From NCBI GenBank assembly GCA_964404805.1, contig CAYOLJ010000003.1:1-33101 (forward strand): DNA of 33,101 bases. The letters are read 5' to 3'. Of this stretch, positions 18,027-27,460 are shown piece by piece. Under the pieces are notes generated by a model that ran no database searches, was not told the DNA's origin, and saw only the letters and a program-made list of their open reading frames with translations. Position 1 is the stretch's first letter; each line of letters starts with the position of its first letter. This stretch comes from an uncultured Candidatus Peribacteria bacterium (GTDB lineage Bacteria > Patescibacteriota > Gracilibacteria > Peribacterales > Peribacteraceae). Made by a program: the position numbers and the translations under genes.

Positions 18027-19271
18027 GCTCCCATCTTCATTTTGATTCATCTCCAAAAGCGGAATCAAAATGCGCGGGCTTGCGATACACGTGTTATTCA
18101 GTGTGTGGACGAAGAGCTTCTTGCCCTCAGATGTCTCGTACTTGATATTGAGCCGGCGCGCCTGGAAGTCGCCGAGGTATGAGCAGGAATGCGTCTCGCC
18201 GTAGCTCTCGCGGCTGGGCATATAGGTTTCGATGTCCTGCATGTAGACCTTGCCCTTGCCCATGTCGCCCGTGCAGATGTCGAGCACGCGGTAGGGCAGA
18301 TTGAGCATCTGCAGTACGTCCTCTGCATTCGTGCGGATCTCTTCGAAGAGGGCGAGGCTAATCTCGGTATTGGCGGGACACAGCACCACCTGCTCCACCT
18401 TGTCGAACTGGTGAATGCGATACAGGCCCTTGGTATCTTTGCCGTACGTGCCCGCCTCGCGACGGAAGCACGGCGAGAATCCTGCATAGCGTTTGGGCAG
18501 GTCATTTTCTTTGAGCACTTCATCTTTGTGGTAACTGCAGACCGAGACTTCTGATGTGCCAATCATGTAAAGATCATCAGCCTCAATTTTCTCGCCACGC
18601 TTCTCCTGCGCGCCCACGGCGTAGGTCTGCTCTTCGGCCCCCGGGAAGAACCCCGTGCCCATGAGACAATCCCAGTTCGCCATGTAGGGTGGCGTGAAGT
18701 GGATCCAACCTTTCTTACTGAGGTGATCGAGCGCGAGTTGCAGCACAGCGCGATGGAGCCTCGCCCCGTCCCCTTTCAAAAAGTAACTGCGTGCGCCGGC
18801 CAGCTTGACCCCGCGCGGGATATCGATGATGTCCAACGCCTCACCCAGCGTGACGTGATCTTTGGGCTCCGTCACCTTGAGAAGTTTCTTCGGGTCCCCC
18901 CACTTCTTCACCTCCACGTTATCTTTCTCGCCCTTGCCCACTGGTACGCGCGGGTGGGGGAGAGCTGGGAGCATGAGCTGCATGCTTTGCCACGTCTCTT
19001 CGGTCTGTTCTAGTTCGCCCAGGCGGTGCTTGAGTGTCTCAGAGAGGCCTTTCATTTCCTTGAGCGCATCTTCCTTCTCCTTTCCCTTGAGCCCAGGGAT
19101 TCTCTTGTTGGCGGAATTCTGCTTCGCGCGCATCTCATCCGTGAGCTGCTTCAATTCGCGCCGCAGTTCATCCAGTTTCAGAAATTCCTTCACCGAAATC
19201 TTGATGCCCTTCTTCTCGGCGGCATCTTGGTAGATGTCGGGCTGGCTGCGAAGATCTGTGAGATCGATCAT
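17970..19271 (-). CDS. serS: Serine--tRNA ligase
   Basis: N-terminal coiled arm, YMIGTSEV, FRREAGTYGKDTKGLYRIHQFDKVEQ, ETHSCS, HTLNNT, NQNEDGSVTIPEALRPYMG. Start at ATG 19271. Confidence 0.98.
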   Translation of the reverse strand: MIDLTDLRSQPDIYQDAAEKKGIKISVKEFLKLDELRRELKQLTDEMRAKQNSANKRIPGLKGKEKEDALKEMKGLSETLKHRLGELEQTEETWQSMQLMLPALPHPRVPVGKGEKDNVEVKKWGDPKKLLKVTEPKDHVTLGEALDIIDIPRGVKLAGARSYFLKGDGARLHRAVLQLALDHLSKKGWIHFTPPYMANWDCLMGTGFFPGAEEQTYAVGAQEKRGEKIEADDLYMIGTSEVSVCSYHKDEVLKENDLPKRYAGFSPCFRREAGTYGKDTKGLYRIHQFDKVEQVVLCPANTEISLALFEEIRTNAEDVLQMLNLPYRVLDICTGDMGKGKVYMQDIETYMPSRESYGETHSCSYLGDFQARRLNIKYETSEGKKLFVHTLNNTCIASPRILIPLLEMNQNEDGSVTIPEALRPYMGGQKKIG

Positions 19272-19418
19272 GGGTAAAGTGTAGCGGAAAGGCTTATTGT
19301 GCTGCACCCTTTTCATCTCCCTCTTCGGGTGGCTAGAAAGAGGGGATAATACAAAAAAACACACCCAAAAGAGCCATATCCATGGACGGGGAGCGCCATC
19401 TTGGTACAATTCAAAAAC

Positions 19419-21398
19419 ATGTCTAAGACCAAACCATTCAAACTTGTTTCACCCTTTCAGCCGACTGGCGACCAGCCGACCGCGATTGCCAAGCTTATCG
19501 AGAATCTCAAGAAGGGCGAAAAGCACCAGACCCTGCTCGGCGCGACAGGCACGGGCAAGACCTTCACGATCGCCAACGTGGTTCAGGCGGTGCAGCGACC
19601 CACCTTGGTCCTTGCGCACAACAAAACACTGGCTGCCCAGCTCTGCAGTGAGTTTCGCGAGTTCTTCCCCGAAAATGCAGTGAGCTATTTTGTTTCATAC
19701 TATGACTATTACCAACCAGAGGCATACCTGCCTGCGACCGATACGTATATCGAGAAAGACGCCAGTATCAACGAAGAGATTGAGAAGTTCCGTCACGCGG
19801 CGACCATTAATCTGCTCACGCGCAAAGATGTGCTCATTGTTGCCTCGGTATCGTGTATCTACGGGCTTGGTAATGTTTCGGATTACGAAGCGCTCGCGAT
19901 CCATCTGAAGCGCGGCCAGCCCATCCAGCGCGATACGCTCTTGCGTCGCCTCACCGATATTCAGTATCGCCGCAGCGGAATCGAGTTTAAGCAGGGCATG
20001 TTTCACGTGCTCGGCGACACGGTCGAGATCTTCCCTCATGGCGGCGACACGGCAATCCGTCTCGAGGTGCCCTTCGACGAGATCGACTCGATTGAGGAGG
20101 TCGACAGTTTTACGGGGGAGCTCGTGAAGAAGCTCGACGAAGTGGCAATCTTCCCTGCCGCACACAACGTCACGACTAAAGAGAAAATCGACCGTGCAAC
20201 GGCCGCGATTCTCGAAGATATGAAGGTACAAGAGCAGAAGTTCCTCGAGGCCAAAGAGTTCGCCAAAGCCGAGCGCATCCGCACACGCACCGAGTACGAC
20301 GTCGAGATGCTCAAAGAGACGGGCTACTGCACCGGCGTCGAGAACTACGTGCGCTACCTAGAAGAGAAGAAGCCCGACACACCACCCTCAACCCTGCTCG
20401 ATTACTTCCCCAAGGATTTTCTGCTCGTAGTGGATGAGTCACATATCAGTATTCCGCAGGTGGGTGGCATGTACGAGGGAAATCGCTCTCGAAAGCAGAC
20501 GCTTGTTGATTTCGGATTCCGGCTTCCCAGCTCACACGATAATCGCCCGTTGAAATTCAAGGAATTCGAGGCGCACATCGGGCAGGCGATCTACACGACG
20601 GCCACACCCGGCAAATACGAGTACGCTCACACAGCCAAGCATCAGATTGTGGAGCAGATCATTCGTCCCACGGGGCTGCTCGATCCGCCGGTGACCGTGA
20701 AGCCATCGAAGCACCAGATTGATGACCTCATGAGCGAAATTCAGCAGGCGCTCAAGCGCAAAGAACGCGTGCTGCTTACCACGCTTACCAAGAAGATGTC
20801 CGAAGATCTCACGCAGTTCCTGCAGGATGCCGACCTGAAAGTCCGTTATCTACACAGTGATATCGAGACCATGGAGCGCATCGAGATTCTGCGACAGCTG
20901 CGTATCGGCGATATCGACATCGTCGTCGGCATCAACCTGCTGCGTGAGGGATTGGATCTGCCCGAAGTGAGCTTCATCGGTATTCTCGATGCCGACAAAC
21001 AGGGATTTTTACGCTCACGCGATGCACTCATCCAGACAATCGGACGCTGCGCCCGTAACGTGAACGGTCATGTCACGCTCTATGGCGACAAGATGACCGA
21101 TGCCATGCGACAGGCCATCGACGAGACGGATCGTCGTCGCACGATTCAAGAGGCGTATAACAAAAAACATGGCATCACTCCCCAGACGATCAAGAAGGCG
21201 GTAAAAGACATTGCCGAGGCGCACAGCAAGGCAGCACTCAAACATCCCCGTCGCGATCACACCAAGATTCCGAAAGACGAGAAGAAGCGTCTGCTCGAGG
21301 AACTCGACGCGCAGATGGAGCTGGCCGCGGCGAATCTGGAGTTCGAAAAGGCGGCAGATTTGCGCGACGAAATTGATCTGCTCAAGAAGGAACTCTAG
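19419..21398 (+). CDS. uvrB: Excinuclease ABC subunit B
   Basis: PTGDQP, GATGTGKT, YYDYYQPEAY, DESH, QIIRPTGLLDP, NLLREGLDLPEV, C-terminal FEKAADLRD. Start at ATG 19419. Confidence 0.99.
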   Translation: MSKTKPFKLVSPFQPTGDQPTAIAKLIENLKKGEKHQTLLGATGTGKTFTIANVVQAVQRPTLVLAHNKTLAAQLCSEFREFFPENAVSYFVSYYDYYQPEAYLPATDTYIEKDASINEEIEKFRHAATINLLTRKDVLIVASVSCIYGLGNVSDYEALAIHLKRGQPIQRDTLLRRLTDIQYRRSGIEFKQGMFHVLGDTVEIFPHGGDTAIRLEVPFDEIDSIEEVDSFTGELVKKLDEVAIFPAAHNVTTKEKIDRATAAILEDMKVQEQKFLEAKEFAKAERIRTRTEYDVEMLKETGYCTGVENYVRYLEEKKPDTPPSTLLDYFPKDFLLVVDESHISIPQVGGMYEGNRSRKQTLVDFGFRLPSSHDNRPLKFKEFEAHIGQAIYTTATPGKYEYAHTAKHQIVEQIIRPTGLLDPPVTVKPSKHQIDDLMSEIQQALKRKERVLLTTLTKKMSEDLTQFLQDADLKVRYLHSDIETMERIEILRQLRIGDIDIVVGINLLREGLDLPEVSFIGILDADKQGFLRSRDALIQTIGRCARNVNGHVTLYGDKMTDAMRQAIDETDRRRTIQEAYNKKHGITPQTIKKAVKDIAEAHSKAALKHPRRDHTKIPKDEKKRLLEELDAQMELAAANLEFEKAADLRDEIDLLKKEL

Positions 21399-21445
21399 AG
21401 GCCTAAAAGTCGCTTTTGTGGCTAGCAAAAGGGCTTGGGAATTAA

Positions 21446-21473
21446 TTGACATAGAACAGAACTAACGTAGAAT
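21446..21473 (+). promoter_or_regulatory. sigma70 promoter
   Basis: TTGACA (21446-21451), 16-bp spacer, TAGAAT (21468-21473); ATG follows 9 nt later. Confidence 0.7.
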
Positions 21474-21482
21474 CATCGCTCT

Positions 21483-21866
21483 ATGGTCACCCTCTCCTCC
21501 CGTATCCGCTTCGCCGTCACGACGGCAGCCATCCTCGCCTCCTCTCTCTTCGCCCTCCCGGCACAGGCCTCTTCGCCCAATTATCGATACGACTGGGACA
21601 GAGAGTGGCTGCAGCAGACGAATGGCGGTTTTGCCGACAGCTACTTCTACGACCCCACGATCTTTTACTACACGCTGCCATCACGTGCGAAGAGTTTCGC
21701 CCTGCATCCCTATCACCGTCAGAACTACTACAAAACGTACCATCCGTTTCCTGCTCCAGCCTCGTACCAAGCAGAGCCGACTCCGCAGGATCTCTACATG
21801 TGTGGCAACTACACCTTCTCACGCTACGATCGTGTGCCACCGTTCGGATACGAGTGTCAGCGCTGA
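21483..21866 (+). CDS. Secreted Tyr/Pro-rich hypothetical protein
   Basis: Signal peptide ending AQA-S; many Tyr; two C-terminal Cys. Confidence 0.75.
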   Translation: MVTLSSRIRFAVTTAAILASSLFALPAQASSPNYRYDWDREWLQQTNGGFADSYFYDPTIFYYTLPSRAKSFALHPYHRQNYYKTYHPFPAPASYQAEPTPQDLYMCGNYTFSRYDRVPPFGYECQR

Positions 21867-21870
21867 GATG

Positions 21871-22701
21871 CTATTCGAGCATACCGAGCGTCTGCACCGC
21901 TTTGGCGTATCCTTCGGGCGTTCCTGTGTCGATGCGTGAACCGCTGCACTCGAAGGCGTAGACCGGCAGGGTCTTGAGTTTAGCAATGAGCGCATCAATC
22001 AGACGGATCTCACCGTCTTTGCCTGCAGCGACATTCGGCAGTGATGCAATCACGGATTGCGGGATCAGGTAGCGTCCTACGATGCCCAGCGTGGATGGGG
22101 CCTTCACGGGGTCCGGCTTCTCGACGAGGCCTTTCACTTTTCTCAAGCGAGGATTTCCAGAAACCTCGCCGTCGATATCGACGATTCCGTAACGGTTCGT
22201 CTTCTCACGCGGGATATTCTCAACAGCGATCAGCGCAAATTCCTTTTCGGGAATATCTTTGGCCGCTTCGATGAGCTGCACGATGCCGGGCTTGTCTCCC
22301 ACAAAGAGGTCATCACCGAAGAGCACGGCGACCATTTCGCTCTTCACAAATTTCTCGGCTTGCAGAATCGCATGACCATCGCCGAGCATCTGTTCCTGAT
22401 ATGCCGTTTCGAAGTGCGCTTTAGCGTAGGGCTTGAGTGAATCGAGGAGCTCCTCCTTCCCTCGTTGCTTCAACTCCTTCATGAGCGCGGGGTCCTCTTG
22501 AAAGTACTCGATAATTTCCTCCTTGCCGTGGCTGATGACGAAGCAGATATCGGTAATACCAGCCTCGAGACACTCGTCCACGATGTACGCGATGATGGGA
22601 CGATTGCCGAGAGGGAGTAATTCCTTGGGCACGGCCTTCGTCCACGGCAGAAAACGTGTGCCGAGACCGGCGACGGGGAGAATAGCTTGAGTGATCTTCA
22701 T
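21871..22701 (-). CDS. galU: UTP--glucose-1-phosphate uridylyltransferase
   Basis: MKITQAILPVAGLGTRFLPWTKAVPKELLP, LGDGHAILQA, GDD, VEKP, GEIRLIDA, IDTGTPEGY. Start at ATG 22701. Confidence 0.93.
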   Translation of the reverse strand: MKITQAILPVAGLGTRFLPWTKAVPKELLPLGNRPIIAYIVDECLEAGITDICFVISHGKEEIIEYFQEDPALMKELKQRGKEELLDSLKPYAKAHFETAYQEQMLGDGHAILQAEKFVKSEMVAVLFGDDLFVGDKPGIVQLIEAAKDIPEKEFALIAVENIPREKTNRYGIVDIDGEVSGNPRLRKVKGLVEKPDPVKAPSTLGIVGRYLIPQSVIASLPNVAAGKDGEIRLIDALIAKLKTLPVYAFECSGSRIDTGTPEGYAKAVQTLGMLE

Positions 22702-22840
22702 CGAAGAAGAGTGTAGCGGAGAAGAGTGGGGAAACCGAAGCGAGCAAGAGCACCAAAAATCCCAAAAATGCCGTATAGGATTTTCCGCTCTCTCATGCGC
22801 AATGCGTGCCATTCACTATGGGCTCTCTTGAGGGGCTTGT

Positions 22841-22869
22841 TTGACCCAAACAGCAAAAACCGCTACAAT
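22841..22869 (+). promoter_or_regulatory. sigma70 promoter
   Basis: TTGACC (22841-22846), 17-bp spacer, TACAAT (22864-22869). Confidence 0.65.
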
Positions 22870-22896
22870 GCTTCGAAATCTTCCACACAAACTCCC

Positions 22897-23166
22897 ATGA
22901 CCGTCTCACAGTCTGCACTCGCCAAGGTTCACGATCTCTACGTGATACAAATCGAACTCTGGAAACATTTGAGCGATGGAAATTTTCAAAATGAAAAGCG
23001 ACGCAAAGAAACACAGAAGTGCCTGAAGCAATTTTCCCGTTTGCTCGATCAGGTGGATTGGCACTACATGGGTGGTGAAGATGTTCTCGCAGAACTAAAG
23101 GTCATGCGCGGCGAAGTCTCGGCGAAACTGCGCAACATTCGCCGAAGGAAAACGAGCAGGAAGTGA
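22897..23166 (+). CDS. Hypothetical basic helical protein (89 aa)
   Basis: ATG 22897 after a good promoter; LLDQVDWHYMGGEDVL; basic tail. Confidence 0.7.
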   Translation: MTVSQSALAKVHDLYVIQIELWKHLSDGNFQNEKRRKETQKCLKQFSRLLDQVDWHYMGGEDVLAELKVMRGEVSAKLRNIRRRKTSRK

Positions 23167-23193
23167 TAGTGGATAGATTTGTCTCTCATAAAA

Positions 23194-23652
23194 TTATCCT
23201 CCCTCACTGATCCGTACGACTTTCACCTTCTCTTCTTTTGGGACGAGTACTTTTAGAATGCAGTCGCGATTGAAGGTGGCCTTTACGCGCTTGGGATCAA
23301 TGGCACACGGCAGCGTGATAGAGCGCGAGAACTCTCCCCAGAAACACTCCTGCAGGTAGTACTGATCGCGTGGAATGGTATCGGGCACGGCACGCTTGCC
23401 GCGAATGGTGAGCACTTTGTCATCCACTTCAATATCGAGGTCACTCAACTTCACGCCGGCAAGAGGGGCGCGGATGATGTAGTAGCTTTCTTGCTCGTAG
23501 ATGTCGACGGCGATCTGCCCTACACCGGATTGACGGGCAGGTGTCGATTCTTCAGCGACCGGTTTGATCGCCGTTCCTGTCGGCGCTGCGCTTCGATCCC
23601 ACTCGGGCGATCCGAATGAACTGAAGATGCCGTGAAAAGGAGAAGGCGTCAT
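23194..23652 (-). CDS. Hsp20/alpha-crystallin small heat-shock protein
   Basis: AVDIYE...APLAGVK..DLDIEV..VLTIRGKR...QECFWGEFSRSITLP...VKATF...LKVLVPK. Start at ATG 23652. Confidence 0.93.
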   Translation of the reverse strand: MTPSPFHGIFSSFGSPEWDRSAAPTGTAIKPVAEESTPARQSGVGQIAVDIYEQESYYIIRAPLAGVKLSDLDIEVDDKVLTIRGKRAVPDTIPRDQYYLQECFWGEFSRSITLPCAIDPKRVKATFNRDCILKVLVPKEEKVKVVRISEGG

Positions 23653-23739
23653 TTTCGGCAATGGTATCGAATTTTGCGAGTTTTGCGCAAAGAGGATGAG
23701 TAGCGCATTGGGAGAGATGTGATGAATTGACAGCTGCCA

Positions 23740-23798
23740 ATGATTGGTGGTTCGCCGATTTCCGGTTGCGATTTCGGGTAAGAAGAACCACCAATCAT
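23740..23798. repeat. Perfect 14-bp inverted repeat between divergent hsp20 and dedA
   Basis: ATGATTGGTGGTTC (23740-23753) / GAACCACCAATCAT (23785-23798), 31-nt loop. Confidence 0.85.
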
Positions 23799-23845
23799 CA
23801 ATGTTTCCATCGCCAATCACACGCTTCTTCTGTAGCCTGTGGCGC

Positions 23846-24472
23846 ATGATAGAGGCACTTGCGCACTGGTTGGTCGATACCGTTGGTGCGGTGGGATACC
23901 CCGGCATCGCACTGCTCATGGCGGTCGAGAGTTCCTTCATCCCTTTCCCGAGTGAAGTGGTGATGATTCCGGCGGGGTATCTCGCCAAGCAGGGTCAGAT
24001 GCATCTGGGGCTGGCGATTCTCTCGGGCATGGCGGGCTCAATTTTCGGGGCTTTGGTGAACTACGCCATTGCCGCGACACTCGGACGCAGAGCGCTGCTG
24101 AAGTACGGGCACTTTTTTCTGATCTCGCCCGAGAAGTTCGAACGCGCCGAGCGCTTTCTACGCGAGTACGGAGAGATCGGCACGTTCGTCGGGCGCATCA
24201 TTCCTGTCGTGCGCCAGTACATTTCGTTCCCCGCCGGCCTCGCGAAGATGTCGGTTTGGCGTTTTGCACTCTGGACCGGTTTGGGTGCGGGATTCTGGGT
24301 GACGGTGCTCGCGCTCATCGGGTACGCCGTGGGGGGCAATGAGGAACTCGTACGGCAGTGGTCGCAGACGGCCACACTGTGGGCCATTGGCGGGTGCATC
24401 GTGCTCCTGTGGTTGTACGTGCAGTGGAAACGCCGGCGTCGACGTCAACAGTCTTCCTCTCAGCATTCATGA
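23846..24472 (+). CDS. dedA: DedA family membrane protein
   Basis: LMAVESSFIPFPSEVVMIPAG, GALVNY.I, FVGRIIPVVRQYISFPAG. Start at ATG 23846. Confidence 0.93.
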   Translation: MIEALAHWLVDTVGAVGYPGIALLMAVESSFIPFPSEVVMIPAGYLAKQGQMHLGLAILSGMAGSIFGALVNYAIAATLGRRALLKYGHFFLISPEKFERAERFLREYGEIGTFVGRIIPVVRQYISFPAGLAKMSVWRFALWTGLGAGFWVTVLALIGYAVGGNEELVRQWSQTATLWAIGGCIVLLWLYVQWKRRRRRQQSSSQHS

Positions 24473-25248
24473 CGACATTCGATGCATTTCTTCTCGGCAT
24501 GTTGCAAGGGTTCACCGAGCTTCTTCCTATTTCAAGTTCCGGGCACCTCGTTCTCGCTGAGAGCTGGCTCAAGGTTGGTGTTCCTGCAGATCTCCAAAGC
24601 TTCGACATTCTGTTGCACGCGGGTTCCCTGCTGGCGCTCCTCATTACGTATCCGGTGCTCTGGTGGCGCATGCTCTGTTCACTCTGTACAGGAGAGAGCC
24701 GACACCGACACCTCCTCTTTATGATTCTGCTTGCGACCATTCCTGCCGCAGCGACCGGTATGCTCTTCGAAAGTTTTATTGCTCTGCACATGCGCTCTCT
24801 AACATTCGTAGGCGTGGGGTTTGCAGTCACGGGTGTTCTGCTCATTCTCGCAGAGCGTGTGCCGCAACATAGAGATACCTCGTCCCGTATTTCTTGGATG
24901 CATGCGCTCCTCATCGGGTTAGCGCAGGCGTGTGCACTGCCTCCGGGCATTTCACGGTCAGGACTTACCATTTCTGCTGCTCGTTTTCTCGGATGGCGAC
25001 GTGAATCAGCGGTGGAATTCTCTTTTTTACTCGCGGTGCCGGTGATTGCGGGAGCAACCTTGTTCACAGCCAAGGATCTTCTACACGGCGTTACACTGCC
25101 TCCACTTTCGATCGTGTGGGCAGGTATCTTGGCATCCTTCGGCTCCAGCGTGCTCGCCGTACTGTTTCTGCGTGCGATGGTGCGTCGATTCAGTCTGGCG
25201 TGGTTTGCACTCTATCTCATTCCTCTTGCCGTCCTTTTACTTGCGTGA
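24469..25248 (+). CDS. uppP: Undecaprenyl-diphosphate phosphatase (BacA/UppP)
   Basis: LGMLQGFTELLPISSSGHL, LHAGSLLA, IGLAQACALPPGISRSGLTI, EFSFLLAVP; ATGA overlap with dedA. Confidence 0.95.
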   Translation: MTTFDAFLLGMLQGFTELLPISSSGHLVLAESWLKVGVPADLQSFDILLHAGSLLALLITYPVLWWRMLCSLCTGESRHRHLLFMILLATIPAAATGMLFESFIALHMRSLTFVGVGFAVTGVLLILAERVPQHRDTSSRISWMHALLIGLAQACALPPGISRSGLTISAARFLGWRRESAVEFSFLLAVPVIAGATLFTAKDLLHGVTLPPLSIVWAGILASFGSSVLAVLFLRAMVRRFSLAWFALYLIPLAVLLLA

Positions 25249-25357
25249 TGAGCCGGACGTCACTATGTTTTTTTGTGCAAGCGAAGTGCGCACACCAAAC
25301 CTTGATCTTGTGTCCGTCGTCAGTACAATGCGCCCCTACCAACCTTCCTCCTCCCCT

Positions 25358-25582
25358 ATGTCCTCTGTTGCCTTAAAGAACTGCATTCGCCGTCTGCGTT
25401 TCGAAAAAAATATGACACAGGAGGAATTGGCGTTGCGTACGGGCGTGAGCCGGCAAACTATTATGTCGATTGAGCGTAGCCAGACGAATCCTTCGGTGCT
25501 GCTCGCGTACAAGATTGCAGCGGCTCTTATGACACCAGTAACGGAAGTATTCCAAATGGAAGGAGCATTGGCACCGGTTTAA
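25358..25582 (+). CDS. XRE-family helix-turn-helix regulator
   Basis: LKNCIRRLR...MTQEELALRTGVSRQTIMSIE...NPSVLLAYKIA...VTEVF; TACAAT at 25324-25329. Confidence 0.92.
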   Translation: MSSVALKNCIRRLRFEKNMTQEELALRTGVSRQTIMSIERSQTNPSVLLAYKIAAALMTPVTEVFQMEGALAPV

Positions 25583-25584
25583 TT

Positions 25585-25682
25585 CGTGATGGACAAAACC
25601 TACGGTTTTTTCCCTCACGGGCACCCTTTTTCCCTGAGCGGTATCGCTCCAGTTGTGGGGCCCGCCGGAGGCACCCACAACT
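25585..25682. other. Three consecutive hairpins between convergent HTH and recJ genes (terminator-like or REP-like)
   Basis: CGTGA..AAAACC-TAC-GGTTTT..TCACG (25585-25619); GAGCG-GTAT-CGCTC (25636-25649); AGTTGTGGG/CCCACAACT (25651-25682). Confidence 0.6.
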
Positions 25683-25722
25683 TCGCGATGACTTATTTAA
25701 TGTCGTCGGCTTGTTTTATTAT

Positions 25723-27405
25723 TTAAGAAAGTACGTGTGATTGTGTAGCAGATGTGGGAAGTCGTACGGGAACAGAAACACGCAGGTCCTCCAACACGAT
25801 CTGCGGAGCGCGCCGTCCGTTCCATGTATCGATGCCGATCTTGCAGACGATATCGAGAGGCTGACTGAGCTGTTCGTTTAGGTGCCCCAGTCGCCATCCA
25901 ATCGCTTTCGCGCCGGCGACGTGTGTCTGCAGGTGTGCTCCCTCCTTTCCCACGCAGCGTGGTTGTGCCAGTGAAACATTCTTCAGCAGAAACAGCGGCT
26001 CAGGATTTCCCTGCCCAAAGGGTTCTAGGTGCCGGAGCTGCTCGCAGAGCGAGAGTGTTACATCCTGAGCAGAAAGGACCGCATCAACCGTGAGAGTGGG
26101 GAGTAGATCATCGGCTGTAGTGTGAACAGCGACGTCATTGGTGAGGCGTTGGGTCAGCTCGGTAAGATGCTGCTGGCTGAACGTGCAGCCTGCTGCCTGT
26201 GCGTGGCCGCCAAATGTCGTGAGCAGATCGCTTACGCGCTCCAATCCTTCAGCGATGTGATAAGAGCGAGTGCTACGGAGCGATGCTGTACATGCGCCGT
26301 CCCGTACGGCTATGACAAAACTGGGGTGCCCCGTGACTTCGGTGAGCCTGCCGGCAATGAGCCCGATGAGTCCTTCGTGAAAGTCCTCGCCTGCCACGGT
26401 GAGTAAGGGGGGGAGTCCACGTAATTCATGCGCACACGGTTGCGGCGAGAGGCCGAGGAGCTGCCATGCTCGCGCCACGAAACCGCCTGTGGCGTCCTGT
26501 CGGTGCACGTTGAGCTGTTCTAACTGCGTAAGGGATTCCCCCCCCTCCAGAAGGGCTGTGAGCGCAATGAGAGGGTCCTGCATGCGTCCTGCGGCGTTGA
26601 TGCGGGGAGAGAGACGAAAAGCGATATCTGTGCTCGTAAGGGGGCTACCGTGTTTGCGCACCGAAGCCGCAAGCTCCGCGAGGGGTCCTGCGGTGAGTGT
26701 ATCGAGAGCGATGAGACCCTGTCGCACGAGAATACGGTTTATACCTTTGAGTTCCACGAGATCGGCAATAGTGCCAATGGCCGCGAGTGCATCGTCTGTT
26801 TCATGATCGTTCCACGTTTCACACCCTTCGAGTGCGCGCACGAACTGCAGTGCAACACCGGCACCGGAAGGATGCGGCAAGGGATGGTCTGGAGCGAGTG
26901 CTGGATGAATGAGCGCCAGAGCTTTGGGTACCTCGGCGTGCAGGTGGTGGTGATCCGTGACGATCACATCTATGCCCTGCGCCGACGCCAGAGAAATTTC
27001 TGCAACAGCAGTGATGCCTGTGTCGACGGTGAGCAGGAGCGAGACGCCCTGCGCTGCACACTCCTTTATGATTTCCTGGCTGAGCCCGTAGCCATCGTGT
27101 ATGCGATGAGGAAGACGCACAACGGGTTCCACGCCGTGTCTGCGCAAAAAACGGACGAGCAGGGCGGTCGCCGTAATGCCATCGCAGTCATAATCGCCAA
27201 AAATCCCAATGGTCTCACGCTGCTCGATGGCACGTCGCACACGTGCGACTGCACGTGGCATGTCGGGAAACACCTGCGGTGATGGCAGGGTATGTCCTTC
27301 GAGAGAACGCTCGGCGAGCAGTCGCGCCACAATCGCATTGGGTGCGGTGCTGGTTTCCTTCGGAAGTATCCAGCGTTTTCCCGTCAATGAGAGAGCATTC
27401 TGCAC
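25723..27405 (-). CDS. recJ: Single-stranded-DNA-specific exonuclease RecJ
   Basis: GDYDCDGITA, TVDTG, VTDHH, GTIADLV, PRINAAGR, GGHAQAAG, EPFGQGNPEP. Start GTG 27405 or TTG 27411. Confidence 0.96.
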   Translation of the reverse strand: MQNALSLTGKRWILPKETSTAPNAIVARLLAERSLEGHTLPSPQVFPDMPRAVARVRRAIEQRETIGIFGDYDCDGITATALLVRFLRRHGVEPVVRLPHRIHDGYGLSQEIIKECAAQGVSLLLTVDTGITAVAEISLASAQGIDVIVTDHHHLHAEVPKALALIHPALAPDHPLPHPSGAGVALQFVRALEGCETWNDHETDDALAAIGTIADLVELKGINRILVRQGLIALDTLTAGPLAELAASVRKHGSPLTSTDIAFRLSPRINAAGRMQDPLIALTALLEGGESLTQLEQLNVHRQDATGGFVARAWQLLGLSPQPCAHELRGLPPLLTVAGEDFHEGLIGLIAGRLTEVTGHPSFVIAVRDGACTASLRSTRSYHIAEGLERVSDLLTTFGGHAQAAGCTFSQQHLTELTQRLTNDVAVHTTADDLLPTLTVDAVLSAQDVTLSLCEQLRHLEPFGQGNPEPLFLLKNVSLAQPRCVGKEGAHLQTHVAGAKAIGWRLGHLNEQLSQPLDIVCKIGIDTWNGRRAPQIVLEDLRVSVPVRLPTSATQSHVLS

Positions 27406-27460
27406 AGGCAAATGAGCCTAGCAGGGGTAGAGACAAGGATCCAATGTTCCGCTTTGGTGA

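Noticed and set aside
17851-18045. 64-aa ORF with an internal repeat; possible mini-CRISPR
   Set aside because: It is the antisense reading of the serS duplication. There are only two units, the unit is coding sequence, and no cas genes are present.
23660-23845. CIRCE/HrcA operator upstream of hsp20 (also checked before dnaJ)
   Set aside because: No TTAGCACTC-N9-GAGTGCTAA; the inverted repeat present has an unrelated sequence and a 31-nt spacer.
25585-25690. SRP RNA (ffs) candidate
   Set aside because: The conserved helix-8 motif (CAGG..GNRA..AGCA) is absent on both strands.
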